Made by a program: the position numbers and the translations under genes. Under the pieces are notes generated by a model. The model was given only the letters and a program-made list of their open reading frames with translations. It made no database searches and was not told the origin of the DNA. From the NCBI RefSeq assembly GCF_009914755.1, contig NC_060937.1: a stretch of 64,000 nucleotides of DNA. One strand, 5' to 3'. The DNA comes from the human T2T-CHM13v2.0 reference genome, Homo sapiens. How positions within the stretch are numbered: position 1 is the stretch's first letter; each line of letters starts with the position of its first letter. Below are positions 14,010-28,639 of this stretch, in pieces.

Positions 14010-14660
14010 AAGAGTCTATTAATGGTGATGACTTAAATAAATTATGGTAGATTCACAGGAGGGCAATATAGAATAAGGACTCTAGAATCAAATTGCCTGG
14101 AATAAAATTCTGTCTCTGACACATGCTATCTCTGTGACCCTGGTAAACATATACAACACCGTAATGCCTCAGTTTCCCCTTCTGTAAAATAGATAATGAA
14201 AGTACCCATCCCTTAGGATTGGTGTAATATTAATGAGATTATCATATCAAATGCTTAGCACAGTGTCTGACACTCAGCAAATACTTAAATAATGTTGACT
14301 ATTACCACTATTACTATTACAATGGAATACTATATGTCTGTTAAAAGTATGAGGTTGTTTTAGACATATACACATGAAAAAATCATAGATGTTATCAAAA
14401 AATGAATCCAAAACAAATAGGTATAATATGTTCTCACTTCCATGTAAAAAAATCCCTCTGTGTGTATGCATGTGTAGATTAAAATGGACAGAAGAAAACA
14501 GACTTCTATCAATGGTTACCTGTAATGAAAATTATGTGGATGGCAACGAAGGGGACTTTAACTTTCTGTGCTCTATATTTCCTCACCATTTGAACTGCTT
14601 GATTGATTTATTTTCAGTGAGCCCCAATTCATTCCCTTTTTGCATGTAAAAACTTTTAAA
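14010..14660 (+). mobile_element. L1ME 3' end interrupted by a MIR
   Basis: aaataaattatggtagattcac / aatggaatactat resumes after the MIR. Confidence 0.5.
14065..14310 (+). mobile_element. MIR (near full length)
   Basis: tgtgaccctgg...gcctcagtttccccttctgtaaaatagataat...gcttagcacagtgtctgacac. Confidence 0.8.
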
Positions 14661-15498
14661 AATGGGGTGAAAGTTTCCTCCTACATCTGCTGCTCAGAGG
14701 ATGATCTAGACCCATGAGGTATGATTTTTAAAGGTGCTACAGAAGGTCTCTGACTGGACTTACTTATCAAAGTATATTAATCTTTTAAAATCCATTCCCT
14801 TACTGATATATATTTAAGGGTCCTTTTGTAATTTATATTTTCCCAAGTATAAAATCTGATTTGAGAGTAAAAAGTTTGCTTTTTCAAACTACACTCCCCT
14901 TCTCCCTCCCATTCAAGAGTCTGAAACACTCTCTTAAAAGCTATGCCTCCTTTTTTCTCTTCCTAAAAAGTAACCTAGAAACTTAAATAGATTCTAATGT
15001 CTCATTACCAACTTAATGTCAGAAATTCCTGACCAATGAGAGCCAAATAATATCTTCATTCGGTAGCAGTTCTGTTGTGCCTATCCCTTTTCTATTGATA
15101 ATGAATACTCTTTCCATTTCTAGATTTCACAACTTGAGTCTTTTTTAACTTTTCTCCCCCATCATCTATCACATCCAATTTGTATTTAATAATCAGAAAC
15201 TCAACAAACATTTACTGAGGACTTATGTACCAGGCACAAAACTAGGGGTTAAGAGACACAGTAAATCAGGTATGGTCTTTGCCTTCTAGGTACTTAGAGT
15301 CTAGTGGGGAAATAGACATGCAAGCAAACAACATACTCTAAAGCACCACAAAAACACAGAAGAATAGCCACTTTTCCCAAATAACATCTCTTGCACCTGT
15401 TCCTTCTGCTACCTCTCTTGTCTAAACCTCTCACTTACAATCTGTTCTCTCACTCATCTCTCCATGTTTAACAGTTTCCCATCCTAATGTACACTATA

Positions 15499-15854
15499 TG
15501 ATATGGTTTGGCTGTGTCCCCACCCAAATTTCACTTTGAATTGTAATAATCCCCACATGTCAAGGGCAGGGCCAGGTGGAGATAATTAAATCATGGGGCC
15601 AGTTTCCCCCATACTGTTCTCATGGTAGTGAATAAGTCTCACGAGATCTGATGGTCTTATAAATGAGAATTCCCCTGCACAAGCTCTCTTTCCTGCCACC
15701 ATGTAAGACATGACTTTCCTCCTCTTTTGCCTTCAGCCATGATTGTGAGGCCTCCCTAGCCATGTGTAACTGTGAGTCAATTAAACCTCTTTCCTTTATA
15801 AATTACCCAGTCTCAGGTATATCTTTATTAGCAGCGTGAGAACAGACTAATACA
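15499..15854 (+). mobile_element. THE1B solo LTR with 5-bp TSD CTATA
   Basis: tgatatggtttggctgtgtcccc...gaacagactaataca; ctata at 15494-15498 and 15855-15859. Confidence 0.93.
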
Positions 15855-17540
15855 CTATACAAAGCAGCCATGTGAATCTTCCCAAATCAGGAGTTTCCAT
15901 AATTTAGTCCAACACAAAAAATATTCTTCATTTTTTATTGCAACATTGCAAAGTACAACTTTCTTTGCCTTAGTGTCAAGGCCAGGACATAGTATACTCT
16001 CAATAAATAACTGATGAATAAATGAATCTGAACTGAGCCTCCCTATTCAAACTTATATTTTACAATCGTATGGCTCTAAACATACTACTTTATACACATG
16101 GATGTAAGTCCTGTCCCAAGGATGCATCAGCACATTTTTGTCTGTGCCTCTTGCTAGTGCCACATTTCCTGTGTCTCTGGGAAGCCCTCCTAGCCGCCTC
16201 CCCACTGCCATCATTCTAAAGCTGAGTCTTGGCCCACCTTTTCAATAGACTCTTCTCCAAACACCACTCTCTTTCAAATGTCTTTAAAACTCCTTGTCTG
16301 CACCACTCATTTGCTACCTTAGAATATGCTACTGGAAATTGTTATCTTCTGATAAATGTGGCCTGTCTTTCCAAATAGGATCCCCATAATTTATCAGCGT
16401 CTTTGAAACTGGAAACTACAGTTGTTAGCTCTTATATCATAACTACTTAGAGTACCGAAACAAAACATTTGGAGGAAAAAGCAACATTTATTCCCCGTAG
16501 GTATGAATGACACATTCCCATGTCTAACCCCACTGCAGGCTGAACAAGGACCTGACAGGAAACCACAAGGCAGCAGCCCTTGCTAAGCATGACAATGAAT
16601 CAGAAACCTATCGACATCCTCTTTCCCATCAACAGGACAGAATTACAAATCTATTTCCAGGGACAGCTCCATCAAACCCACCATCTGTCAATGGGTATTT
16701 CATAATTTATTTGGTTTGATTACTAAAGATTCAGGCATTTTTAAAATTAGGAAGTGGGAGAAAAGGATTAGGAGGTCTTCCTGGACTCTTTGTGCTATAT
16801 TAAAGTATCCTCCTGATATAACGCCGCGGCCTTCAGGCTTTGGAGAAGAGTCAAGTAGCAAATATCCATGTTTTGATCCCGTTCCACAACATCATCCATT
16901 CCACTCCAAAGTTCAAGAGCCAAAGGGGTTATAGAAACAATCTGTTTAACTTATGACTCAAAGCAACCGAGACAGGCCAGATCTACAGGCTAGTTGAGTT
17001 TTTTCCAAAGCCACTACCCACAAAGATGAGAAGTCCTTCCTGGACTTCCCAGTGATGGTCCAAGCCCTCCCCACCCCCACTTCATGACGCAACACTCTTG
17101 GGGATATTCTGTCACGCCACTTATCACAGTGTATTTAAACTTTGTGTGCCTCTTTACTCCAAATGGAATATAATGTCCTCAAGATTAGGGCTTCTGTATC
17201 CTTATAACTTCAGTCCTCAGAAGAGTATCCAGCAAAGAGTATACCTGTAATGTTTATGGTGAACAAAACCTGACAGCTTATTGTGATTTTCAACATTAGA
17301 TTATCCTAACACCATTTCAGAAAATGTAGGCTGTATGCTCTACTTCGCCATGGATGCATACTGCAGTTACATTCATCTCGACAGATTTTCAAAGATTTTT
17401 TCAACAACTATTTGCATAACATATTAACATTAATGAGGCATTTTCACATATGTTATGGAATTAATCCTCACAATACCTGTAAGGAAGGTATTATTATTCC
17501 CAACTTACAGGTAAGGTAACTGAGGCTAGGAGAGATCAGA

Positions 17541-17964
17541 TGTGGTAGGCAGAATAATAGCCTTCCAGATATATCAGGTCCTAAGCACTAGAACCTGTAA
17601 ATGTTACTTTATCAGGAAAAGGGTCTTTGCAGATGTGATTAAGTTACGGATCTTGAGATAAGAGATCATTCTGGATTATCTGTTGGGGCCTAAGTGTATT
17701 CTTATAAGAGGAAAGTAGAGGGAGAGTTTATACATACACACACACACACAAAGGCATGGCGGCAAACGTTGGCATGGTGCAGCCACAAACATGATCTCTT
17801 CCAGAGCTTCCAGGGGAGCACAGCTCTGCTGACATCTCAATTTTGGCCCAGTGGAATCGATTTTGGGACTTCCAGCCTCCAAAACTGTGGAGGAATAAAT
17901 TTCTGTTGTTTTAAGCCACAAAGTTTGCAGTAATTTGTTACAACAGCCACAGAAAACTAACACA
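17541..17964 (+). mobile_element. MLT1C/D solo LTR (next to a MIR fragment at about 17430-17540)
   Basis: tgtggtaggcagaataat...ctttgcagatgtgattaagtta...gtaatttgttacaacagcc...aactaacaca. Confidence 0.85.
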
Positions 17965-19703
17965 ATAAATATAAATGGTCAGCTAGGAAGTAGATGGCAT
18001 GGCTAACTCCTTCCTATTTCCTCCTTAACATTGAACGTATGTTTGTGTGACATGCCCAGTCCCAAATGAAGCATTTTATATGAATTACATTTTTCAATAC
18101 TCACAGGTTTGTTAATTAAGATGTAATTGTAATTGTTATACCCATTAAAAATGAAAAAAAATGAAGGTACAAAAAGGTTAAATTATCCACAATAGCTTAT
18201 ACATGCTTTAGTAAGTTATTTGCACATCTGATAACAAATATGCAAAATAACATTTTTAAAGTTTTAACTGTGTTCAATCTCCCTCCCAAATCAGCTTCCC
18301 CTCTCCTTGGATTGTCTTTGTATGTCCTACGAAATATCTCCCCCAACTTCAGTGAGACATTATGAAGCACCCACTGCCTTAGGATATTGGGGCAGAGAGA
18401 AGAGAACAATGGAGTGAAATTATTTACTGACATGTGACAAGCTAAAGTGCAGGTACAAGATGGTACAAATTTGGAAAAATAGACTCATCAGTCCATGTCC
18501 ATCAGTCCAGGAAACAATTTCCTGGCTCAGGAGAAGGGGAGAGAGGGATTCCATGGGCAGGAATGGAGGACCATCAGGAGGCTGTTCAGATTTGCTACCT
18601 CAGAAGCTTTGTGGTGGCAGAACCAGCGCTCAGGCCACAGCAGTCTGGGCATCACTCACTGACGGACAAGCAGGAGTGAAGCTCATCTGACTTTTGCTAA
18701 GTTCTGTCCAACCCACCTGATAAGGACAATCACCTCCCCTCCCTCTTCAATGACATGGGGCACTTAAGCAACCACAAACAACTAGGAAGGAGGGCAGGGC
18801 CTTGACACCCGGAGGGATGGAAGCAATGGCATCCGGAGAGCCCCTAGGACTAACTGAACTGAACCATTTGGTGGTCTACCTTGTGCTTCTCAGGCTCTCC
18901 TCCCTCTTACCCTTAACACTGTGGCAATCAGGCAGCAACCCATTAGACCAAGAATGTATCTAATAGTCCCATTGTGCATAGTAAGCTATGGAGGGGCCTG
19001 ATGCAATTGGGTTTGTCTGTTGGGAATCTGACATAAATAGTGACACTGATTTATTATCAGTGTCTTCTAGATTTCTCCACAATACTCAGAGATTTTTATA
19101 ATATATTCGGTCTGTTATTTCATCATGCACCATACTGTGGGGGCTTCTTGGGTCATACTGCAGATATTTCTCTTAACTCATTCATCTCTGATAAATGATT
19201 CATTAGTAAACCAACGGCAGTCATGGAGCAATGCACACGTTAGGCTTCCTTCCCTTTACCAATGACATAGGTCCCAGTGCCAGGCCTTGTAATGATTTAA
19301 GAGCTAGAAAGGGCAAAGCACCAATTACAGTCCATCAGGCTTGGTCCACTGGGTGAGGAGGAACTAGCAAGCTTAACCTTTTACACTTATGCTAACATGT
19401 AGGTCACCAGGATCCACTTACTCAAAGACCTTTTCCGAACCACTTCAAAGAATTAACAGCATCTTCCACCATAAGCAAATAGATCTTTTTTTCAATCTAC
19501 AGAAACAGGCTCAAAGCACATGCACATATATATATATATATTAATATATATAAACATATACATATAATGTTAAAAGTTCTCTTTCATGCGAACATTTGGG
19601 GGATTCTTAAAAGAAGGGAAATGGAATAATATTACACAAGATGACAACATTATTAAGGGCGGGCCTCTAAGAGGCTCTCTATTAGGCTAAAATGGTATGG
19701 TGT

Positions 19704-19743
19704 GTCTACGGCCATACCACCCTAAATGCGCCCATTCTTGTCT
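19704..19743 (+). pseudogene. Tailless, 3'-truncated 5S rRNA retropseudogene (nt 1-40 of 5S)
   Basis: gtctacggccataccaccctaaatgcgcccattcttgtct matches 5S GTCTACGGCCATACCACCCTGAACGCGCCCGATCTCGTCT at 35/40; 15-bp TSD at 19689-19703 and 19744-19758. Confidence 0.88.
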
Positions 19744-19807
19744 AAGATGGAATGGTGTTTACAATATATCTTTTATTTAACACCATTCCACAAATACCTT
19801 CATCAAT

Positions 19808-20126
19808 TTTATTTCTTTTTTTTTCTTTTCTTTTTTAGAGATAGGGTCTTGCTCTGTCACCCAGGCTAGAGTGCAGTGGTGTGAACGTAGCTCTCTGCAG
19901 CCTCAAACTCCTGGGCTCAAGCCATCCTCTTGCCTCAGCCGCCTGAGTAGCTGGGACTACAGGCACATGTTACTATGCCAGGATAATTTTTAATATATAT
20001 ATATATTTTTTTTTAGAGACAGGTTCTCACTACGTTGCCCATTGAGAACTCCTGGTCTCTAGTGATCCTCTTGCCTTGGCTTCCCAAAGTTCTAGAATTG
20101 CAGGCATGAGCCACCTCACCAGGCCA
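19808..20126 (-). mobile_element. AluJ
   Basis: poly(T)...gagatagggtcttgctctgtcacccaggct...ctcctgggctcaagc...gagccacc. Confidence 0.92.
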
Positions 20127-20284
20127 GTTTTCTATTGGATATTATATGTTTCGCCCCTGATGAAGCACCAGGGGGAATAAAATTCAATTCGTTTGCCTTA
20201 CAGAAGTCACTGGTCCCCTACCTGATGCCCACCCAAGGTGAATTTGCCCTGCCATTGTCATGTCTTCTCATTAAATATTCCTCA

Positions 20285-20642
<358 letters not shown>

Positions 20643-22229
20643 TTAAATCATTCCAAGACACAGACAAGGCCACTAAAATGACCCATCTCTGCCCTTTGGG
20701 ATCCCACAGCTTACAGCATATGGAATTCATTAAAGTTTGAGTTCATCTACAGGAGCGTCACTGAGCAGAAACCACAAGTAGCACAGAGCAGAGTCAGACT
20801 TCACATTAGTACTCTTCCACTCTCACCATGAGAAAACGATGCTCTTTCTCTTTAAAGGCCTCCCAGTTAGCTTGCAAGCCCCTTCTACATTCCTAAGGGT
20901 GAATTACCCTTATAATTATTATCAGTATTGAATATTTACTAAGTACCCATACTGGGTGAGATCATGAAGTTGTTTGACACGTATATATGGCAGAAATATT
21001 CCAAGTGTATTTAGCCACTGTTAATGTTCTTCCAGAGCTGAAAATAGCAGGGACGAGTGTACTTGACCTGATCTTTTGCATGTTGACTCCTTTAACTAAG
21101 TCTAAACAGAGCAGAAACCTTGCCATCGGAGAAGCGTTTGCAAAAGGGAGACCAGGTCAGAGCATGAGCAGCAGATGGGGCTTGAGAGCCAAGAATGAAA
21201 ATCCCAGGATGTGGCCAAACTCTGTAAATCATTATTGACTGAGCTCCATGCCATCTTAATGGCTTTTACTACCTCTTGGTTCCAATTCAAAGTGCATATT
21301 AAAGCAAGCAGCACTGCAAAGACCAGAGGGGCTAGAATAGTAAACTACCCATAGTTTAGTAATCATTATGCATTAATTATTCAGAAGCTGGATCTCCTCT
21401 TTGCAAACATTAAAACCAGTGACGGCAAAGAAATATGCCCCTCTTTTGGAGGATGAGAAGGAGTAGTACTATTTGGGGTTGATGCTGGCACGATATTTAG
21501 CAGAGCATGACAGCTTTAGTAGATAAAAAAACGTGATATAGTATCATACAAACTGTTAGCAATGTATTGGAAGACTCAAGTATTCCCCGAGGGGCATTTA
21601 CATCGGATTTGCTATGATTGCAATATCTGCACAGTGATGCATTACGTGTTTTATTCTCTTTATTATATGTTTTCATTACTTTGTGTGTTAGAATGCAATA
21701 AAGAAAGCTGAAGCAATAAAGGTTGATTGATAATAATAATTCTGCAAAGATGCAACTTCCTTTCTAAAGCAGTTCTAGAGCTGGAGGAACCAATGGCATC
21801 TGATCATCTGTTCTTTTGTAAGATTTTATCTTCCTTTCTGATAAAGAAATAGAAATTGGTTTGGAAGCAGCTTTCAGTGACAGCTGGCACTGCATGGTAA
21901 AGGAGGAGAAAGGTAGGGAAGATTGTGTTCTATTTAGAAGGCTGAATCCTGCATGTGGTTCAACTCTGCTTCTCTCTTTTCTTTCATGTTCTACAACTCA
22001 AATATCAGATGTTCTCTTTTAAAGGAAAGAAAAAACATTTTTCAGGATCAACACTGCTTGGGCTTTCTAACTGACATCCTATCCTACTCTCTAAAGTGTG
22101 TTTAAACCTCTTCTCTAGGATTCTTTTTAAACTGGGATCATTGAAATCAGGAACTTAACACGTGCATGTGTGTTGGGGTCCAGGCTCCCAACCTAAGCTT
22201 AAAATGAGCTTCAGACATGGCTGAGCATG

Positions 22230-22995
22230 TGTGATGCACTGGTAAAATTATGCACTTAGAGTAGATTTTTCACAGTGGTTTTGTTTGGGGCTATTCACAT
22301 TCATCCAGGGAAGTGATTGGACTGGAAACAGAAGCTAGTGTGTGTCAGGGGTGTTGGCGAGAGGAGGTGCATGCAGAAATTGAATGAAATGGTTTCACAA
22401 GAGGCTTTGGAGACCTAGGTAACTAAGAGTACTGATTAGGTGGGGAAAAAAAAAAAGCAACACAGAGTCAGGGCAAGCAGCACCCTCCCCACTTCTATGT
22501 CAAGCACAGAAGGGCTCCATCTGGGTCAGGATGCCTGGTGACACACTCCCAGCTTCCCAAGGATTTGTGGCTGTGGAGCACAGAGAGAGAGAACACCTAG
22601 TCCTGGTCATGGATATCAGCAACTGTGGAAAGAAGGCCACCAGACTTCCAGACATGGAGCAGCACAGCCTAAATGACTCCAAGAGCAACACACATCAACC
22701 CGTTCATTGTGCAACAAAGCAGGGCTAAGAGCACCTTCCAGGCACCTCCCACGACCTCCCAGAAATACTTGGGGAAAATTATGTGGGGAATTGAGATCTT
22801 GTATTATGTCAGTATGGGCATGAATCATTGAAATTTGGGTTATATATATTAAGTGGCTTTATTTGTACCCACAAACAGATAAGGTTTTGGGGAAATTGAG
22901 GTCATATATGAAATAAAAGAAAAAACTCCATTTGTGATTGTGAAAGACAGTCACTCTCAGTATGTGATTTTCTAAAAGGCTCACGCACTATAAGC
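22230..22995 (+). mobile_element. Possible ancient Gypsy-type LTR (MamGypLTR-like)
   Basis: LTR-like layout with a purine-rich body and aataaa near the end; recognition is weak. Confidence 0.3.
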
Positions 22996-23132
22996 AACCA
23001 TCAGTTAAACACATTAATGGAACAGAGCAATGATCTATTCAGGTCAGGACAGTGAGTCCTCACGTGTGGGAGAGTCATTGCAGAAGATGGCATAAAGCTT
23101 AGAGGCAGCTAAAGATTGACATCAAACTGGTA

Positions 23133-23600
<468 letters not shown>

Positions 23601-24144
23601 ATATTTAGGGTATACCATAAGGGTATGTCAAGGCCATCTGGGTCTGCATTGTCAACCTAGAGGCTAACCCATTGTCAAGGAAGTCATGCACCAAGGCTGT
23701 GCCCAGAAGAAAGAGAATGCTGTAGAGGCAGACAGTGAAGTAATGAAGGCAGCACGGGATGCTGTGACCAGCCTCAGGGGCAGAAAACAGGAAGTCAGGA
23801 GGAGCAGAGAAATGAACTGGGGGTGGGACAGGAGCACGGACACACAGGGCTATGGAGTCATGGCTTTTACACGGTGCCCTTGCGTTGATGTCAGAGGTTC
23901 CATGTTGGGGGGACAGTGATGAATAATGCTCAAGAGATAACTACCTCTGATCATTTATTTCAAGTGATTTTGTAGCCACTATGTATGGTGGGCATTTTTA
24001 GAGATGCCAAATTGACTTAAGTATATTTTTCTTAGCTAGTAGAATTATTTGCTATTGAGTTATAGGTGTGTTAGTGTTCAAGTCCAGCTTCTGAAAAGCT
24101 CTTTATTTCTTCAAAGATATCATTCCTCAGAGGTTACCTTATAC

Positions 24145-24395
24145 TAGTATGGTAGAGAGAACATGTATTTTGGAGGCAGAAAGACTGAAATTCAAATCCT
24201 AACTCTACTCACAAACTGGGTGACATTGGACAAGTTATATGACCTCTTCGGGCGTCAGTTCTCTTTTCTATAAAGTGGAGATAATTATACCTAGCTCACA
24301 AGTTTTTGTGTGGATTAAATAAAATGTGTACACAGTACCCCTCACAGTGCTTGAGATTTAATAGGTACTAAATAAATGGCTGCTATTACTATTAT
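24145..24395 (+). mobile_element. MIR (MIRb-like)
   Basis: ttcaaatcctaactctac...ggacaagttatatgacctc...tcagttctcttttctataaagtggagataat. Confidence 0.75.
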
Positions 24396-25100
24396 TACCA
24401 GACTGGTTTATAACTGCGAATGGCTCATCTTTCTAAAATTGTGGTGCTCAGGTTACTATACTTTTCCAAATTTTAGGTAAAAACTGAACTATTTTTCATA
24501 ATGCCTCAGCATAAACATTTACTTTTATTTGTGTTATATTAAAATAGGATATAAGATTAGTGTGAGTTTTAAAAAATATATCAACACTTGGGGAAGATTT
24601 CTGTTTCACACACTTAATTGATTCCTTGTTTTTCTTACACTTAAGCAAAATGTGTCCGGTACACTGACAATTCTTGATTTACATATGCCTGTTTTCTGTG
24701 CATCCTCCAGGAACAGATGTTCACCTAAGAACAGCAGGCCCAGATAGACCACTCTGGAGTCACAGAAAAAAGAGCAAGGTGGGAAGTGACAGGAGCAAAG
24801 GTAGTAAACAGGAAGAGGAAAGTTCATCCCTGCGGGGCCACTTTTTCTGGGTGTTCGCTATTCCAATGTCTCGTAATGGATTACTAGAACATGATTGGTA
24901 CATTCTATAAAATGATGAATTTACAAGGTGCTTTAGGAGCACAGAAAAGAGCACAAATAAGAGGCAAGTTCAGGACAGCTTCAAAGAGAAAGTGATATTC
25001 GATCTGGGTCTTGAGATTATAAAGGTAGAAGACAGTCAAGAATACTGCAGGCAGTGAGACTAGTACAAGCAGAGAAAAAAAGAGCAAGTAGCATGTTGTT

Positions 25101-25105
<5 letters not shown>

Positions 25106-25148
<43 letters not shown>
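25106..25148. repeat. (TG)21 microsatellite within an L2 fragment
   Basis: Perfect TG run. Confidence 0.97.
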
Positions 25149-25151
<3 letters not shown>

Positions 25152-25620
25152 GAGGTGGTGATAGAGGACTGGAGATTAAGACCAGGTCAGGACTGGACAG
25201 GAAATCATTTTTAATCCAAGCTATAAAGTTAACACTTTATCCATAAGATTCAACTAGCTTTAAAAAAGTGGTTCCAGTGGCAATATCTGTATAAATTGTA
25301 AGGAACAAGAATAGAGGTGAGGAGACCAGTCAAAAGACTAAAGCCTACTGCAACATCTTTTACCTGTTAGTACTTCTTACACAGCACCCCCACTTCCCAG
25401 ACTAACACAAAGTAGAGGTGATCCTACAACAGAAGAAAAGGGACATTGCCCTTAACTTAGATTATCAGTGACTCAAAATGAAATTCAGCCTTTGTTTATG
25501 CCCAGCTAAATTTCATTTAAGACCTAGAATTGTAGATTTTGCCAATTTAAAAGACTTTTTTACTTTTAAAATAAGTATGTTCCAGATTTGCAACTTATTC
25601 TATCAAAAATATTAGTTACT

Positions 25621-25912
25621 GGCCAGGCTCAGTCGCTCATGCTTGTAATCCCAGCACTTTGGGAGGCCAAAGCAGATGGATCGCTTGAGCCTAAGAGTTC
25701 GAGACTAGTCTGGGCAACATAATGAGACCTCGTTTCTACAAAAAATAAATAAAATTATCCAGGCGTGGTGGTGCATGCCTGTGGTCCCAGCTACTTGGGG
25801 CTAAAGTGGGAGGATAGCTTGAGCCCGGGAGGTAGAGGCTGCAGTGAGCTGTGATTGCACAATTGCACTCCAGCCTGGGTGAGAGAATGAGACCCTACCT
25901 CAAAAAAAGAAA

Positions 25913-25913
<1 letters not shown>
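25621..25913 (+). mobile_element. AluJ
   Basis: ggccaggctcagt...gatcgcttgagcctaagagttcgag...gaggctgcagtgagctgtgat. Confidence 0.92.
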
Positions 25914-25915
<2 letters not shown>

Positions 25916-25949
<34 letters not shown>

Positions 25950-25966
25950 CATGTGTGTTTGTGTGT
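25916..25966. repeat. (TG)n(CG)n alternating purine-pyrimidine tract
   Basis: tgtgtg...gtgcgcgcgcatgtgtg. Confidence 0.9.
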
Positions 25967-27357
25967 GACCTAGACCTGCAAAACTCAGATTCTGAAGCTA
26001 GATTCAATCTGATTCTCACAATACATTCAAACTACTTAGAGCTCTTCTCAGAAGATCCACACTACCATGAAGGGGCCACAGTTTGGACAAGGAGACATGA
26101 CACTGGGTCTAGAAATCTGCTGCTGTGACCTAAGGGAGAAGAAATGAGCATCTCAAAATTATGTAGAACCCACAAAAAATCAGACTGTTTGCACTTGATT
26201 TTCTTCAATCCCCCAATATAGTTGCAGTTTCCTCCCTTCCCTTAAATCACATGACCTCTATAACTTTGGACAATTACTGATTAAAGTTTTATTTAGCCAA
26301 TCAATTTAATCAAGTGTCATTTGATTTCCTTCAAATCCTAAACTAATTGCCAAAACTAGACTCAGTGATGCTGCAAAAATTCTGAAGAAATTTTTGCCAA
26401 GTGAATTTTTGCCAAGTGAATTACTGAATAAAGCAATACTTACTTAATAAAGCAATTATTCTCTCTTCAAAAGAGAGAAATTCTGTTCTTTGATTTCTTT
26501 TGTGATTCATTGAAATGGACTTCTTAGGCCTTAGGTCTTCTATTGTCAGACATGTTCAACAATTTTCTTCACATCTTCCTACTTTTCAAGAAAATGGGCA
26601 AAATTACCATTCTTTTCTGTTTCAAATTACAGTTTCATGAGACTTTCATTTCATCATGAGTGAAATACCATGAGCAATTAAAAAAGGCTCCATATTTAAA
26701 TACCACTTATGTAGCAACATCATCACCTTCTAATGAGTAAATCCATCAGAGAAACAAGAACAAAGCAAAAAGTAGTTCAATTTCAAAACTCCATTCAATG
26801 CCCATTTAAAGGCAATAAAAGTTCTGACCTCAGCACATCTTACTGGCTCTTCCTGGAAGCCCCCGTCCTCCTTTGGTGTCTTCTGTCATCTTCAGTTCTA
26901 CGTAGATGATAGACTCTCTATCTTGAAGACATCATGGAAACATGAAAGAATAATGAACTTGCAGTCCAATTCCAGAAGATATTGGTTCCAATCTAGTCTT
27001 TGCCACAGAATAGCTCTGTGACCTAAGGCTAGACAATTAACCATTCTGGCTCAATTTCCTTAGGCATAAAATAAAGGTAAAAATAACCTACTTCCTATGG
27101 TGTGTGTGTCTGTGTATGTATATTAAGTGTATATTAAAACACCTTGATAATTTCCAGTTACCCTCAAGGAAAACATTTAAGCTTATTACTGCACAAAAGG
27201 AGTCTGCTCACACAAACTCAAAAAAGAGGATGGAAGAAATGGATCCAAATATATCAGTAATAACAATTGATATAAATGAATTCAATCACCCAAAAGACAA
27301 AGAATGTTAAACTATGTATATTTATATATTTAATATTTTTTAAAATAGTCCTACCTC

Positions 27358-27651
27358 GGCTGGGCACTGTGGCTCATGCCTGTAATCGCAGCACTTTGGG
27401 AGGCTAGGGCGGGCAGTTCACCTGAGGTCAGGGGCTCAAGACCAGCCTGGCCAACATGGTGAAACTCCATCTCTACTAAAAACTACAAAAATTAGCCAGG
27501 CGTGGTGGTGGGCGCCTGTAATCCCAGCTACTTGGGAGGCTGAGGCAGGAGAATCGCTGAACCTGGGGGATGGAGGTTGCAGTAAGCTGAGATGGCACCA
27601 TTGTACTCCAGCCTGGGTGACAGTGCGAAACTGTCTCAAAAAAAAAAAAAA
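27358..27651 (+). mobile_element. AluS (Sx/Sz-like)
   Basis: Full dimer with A-tail; TSD-like aaaatagtcctacct/aaaagtcccacct. Confidence 0.95.
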
Positions 27652-27735
27652 GTCCCACCTTGAAAGAGAATTTACAGAAAGCATATTTAAAACAGAAATT
27701 TACAGAAAGATTAAAAGTATATATTAGGAATTAAA

Positions 27736-28038
<303 letters not shown>

Positions 28039-28639
28039 TTAAAAACCTAGTACAGTTAAATTAATATCAGACAAAATATTGGCTTTAAAGGAAAAAATTA
28101 TTATATCAATGGAGAGAGCTTCTATATATTAATAAAAAGGAAATTCTCCAGAAGAATACAAAAATTCTAAACATGTATGCATACAATAAAACATCTTTGA
28201 AACATATAAAATATAATTATAAAATGGAAAGAAAAAATTGATAAATCCACCATTATAGTGAAAGATTCTAACATCTTTCAATAATTTACAGACCAAGAAA
28301 GCAAAGAATCAATAAGTATATGGAATATTTAAGTAACCCCATTATTAACTCCTACTTTAATGTACATTTATAGAACATTCTATTCAAGAATGCATGGAAT
28401 ATCTATTAAAAACTGACTAAATAAGGAAAGCCTCAATAAATTTTAAAGACTCCTATCATAATCTGCATTTGCTGATCTCAATGAGATTCAATTAGAAATC
28501 AATGTCACCCATATCCATAAAACAAATTGAGCCAATTTTAAAATTTTTCATAAAGGGAAACCCAAGATCAGACAGTTTTACATGGTTGTTCAAACAAATA
28601 TTTAATAAACAAGTAATTCCAGAATCAAAATGTACTTCT

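Noticed and set aside
19704-19743. Functional 5S rRNA gene
   Set aside because: Only 40 of about 120 nt, mutated, with no internal promoter boxes or terminator.
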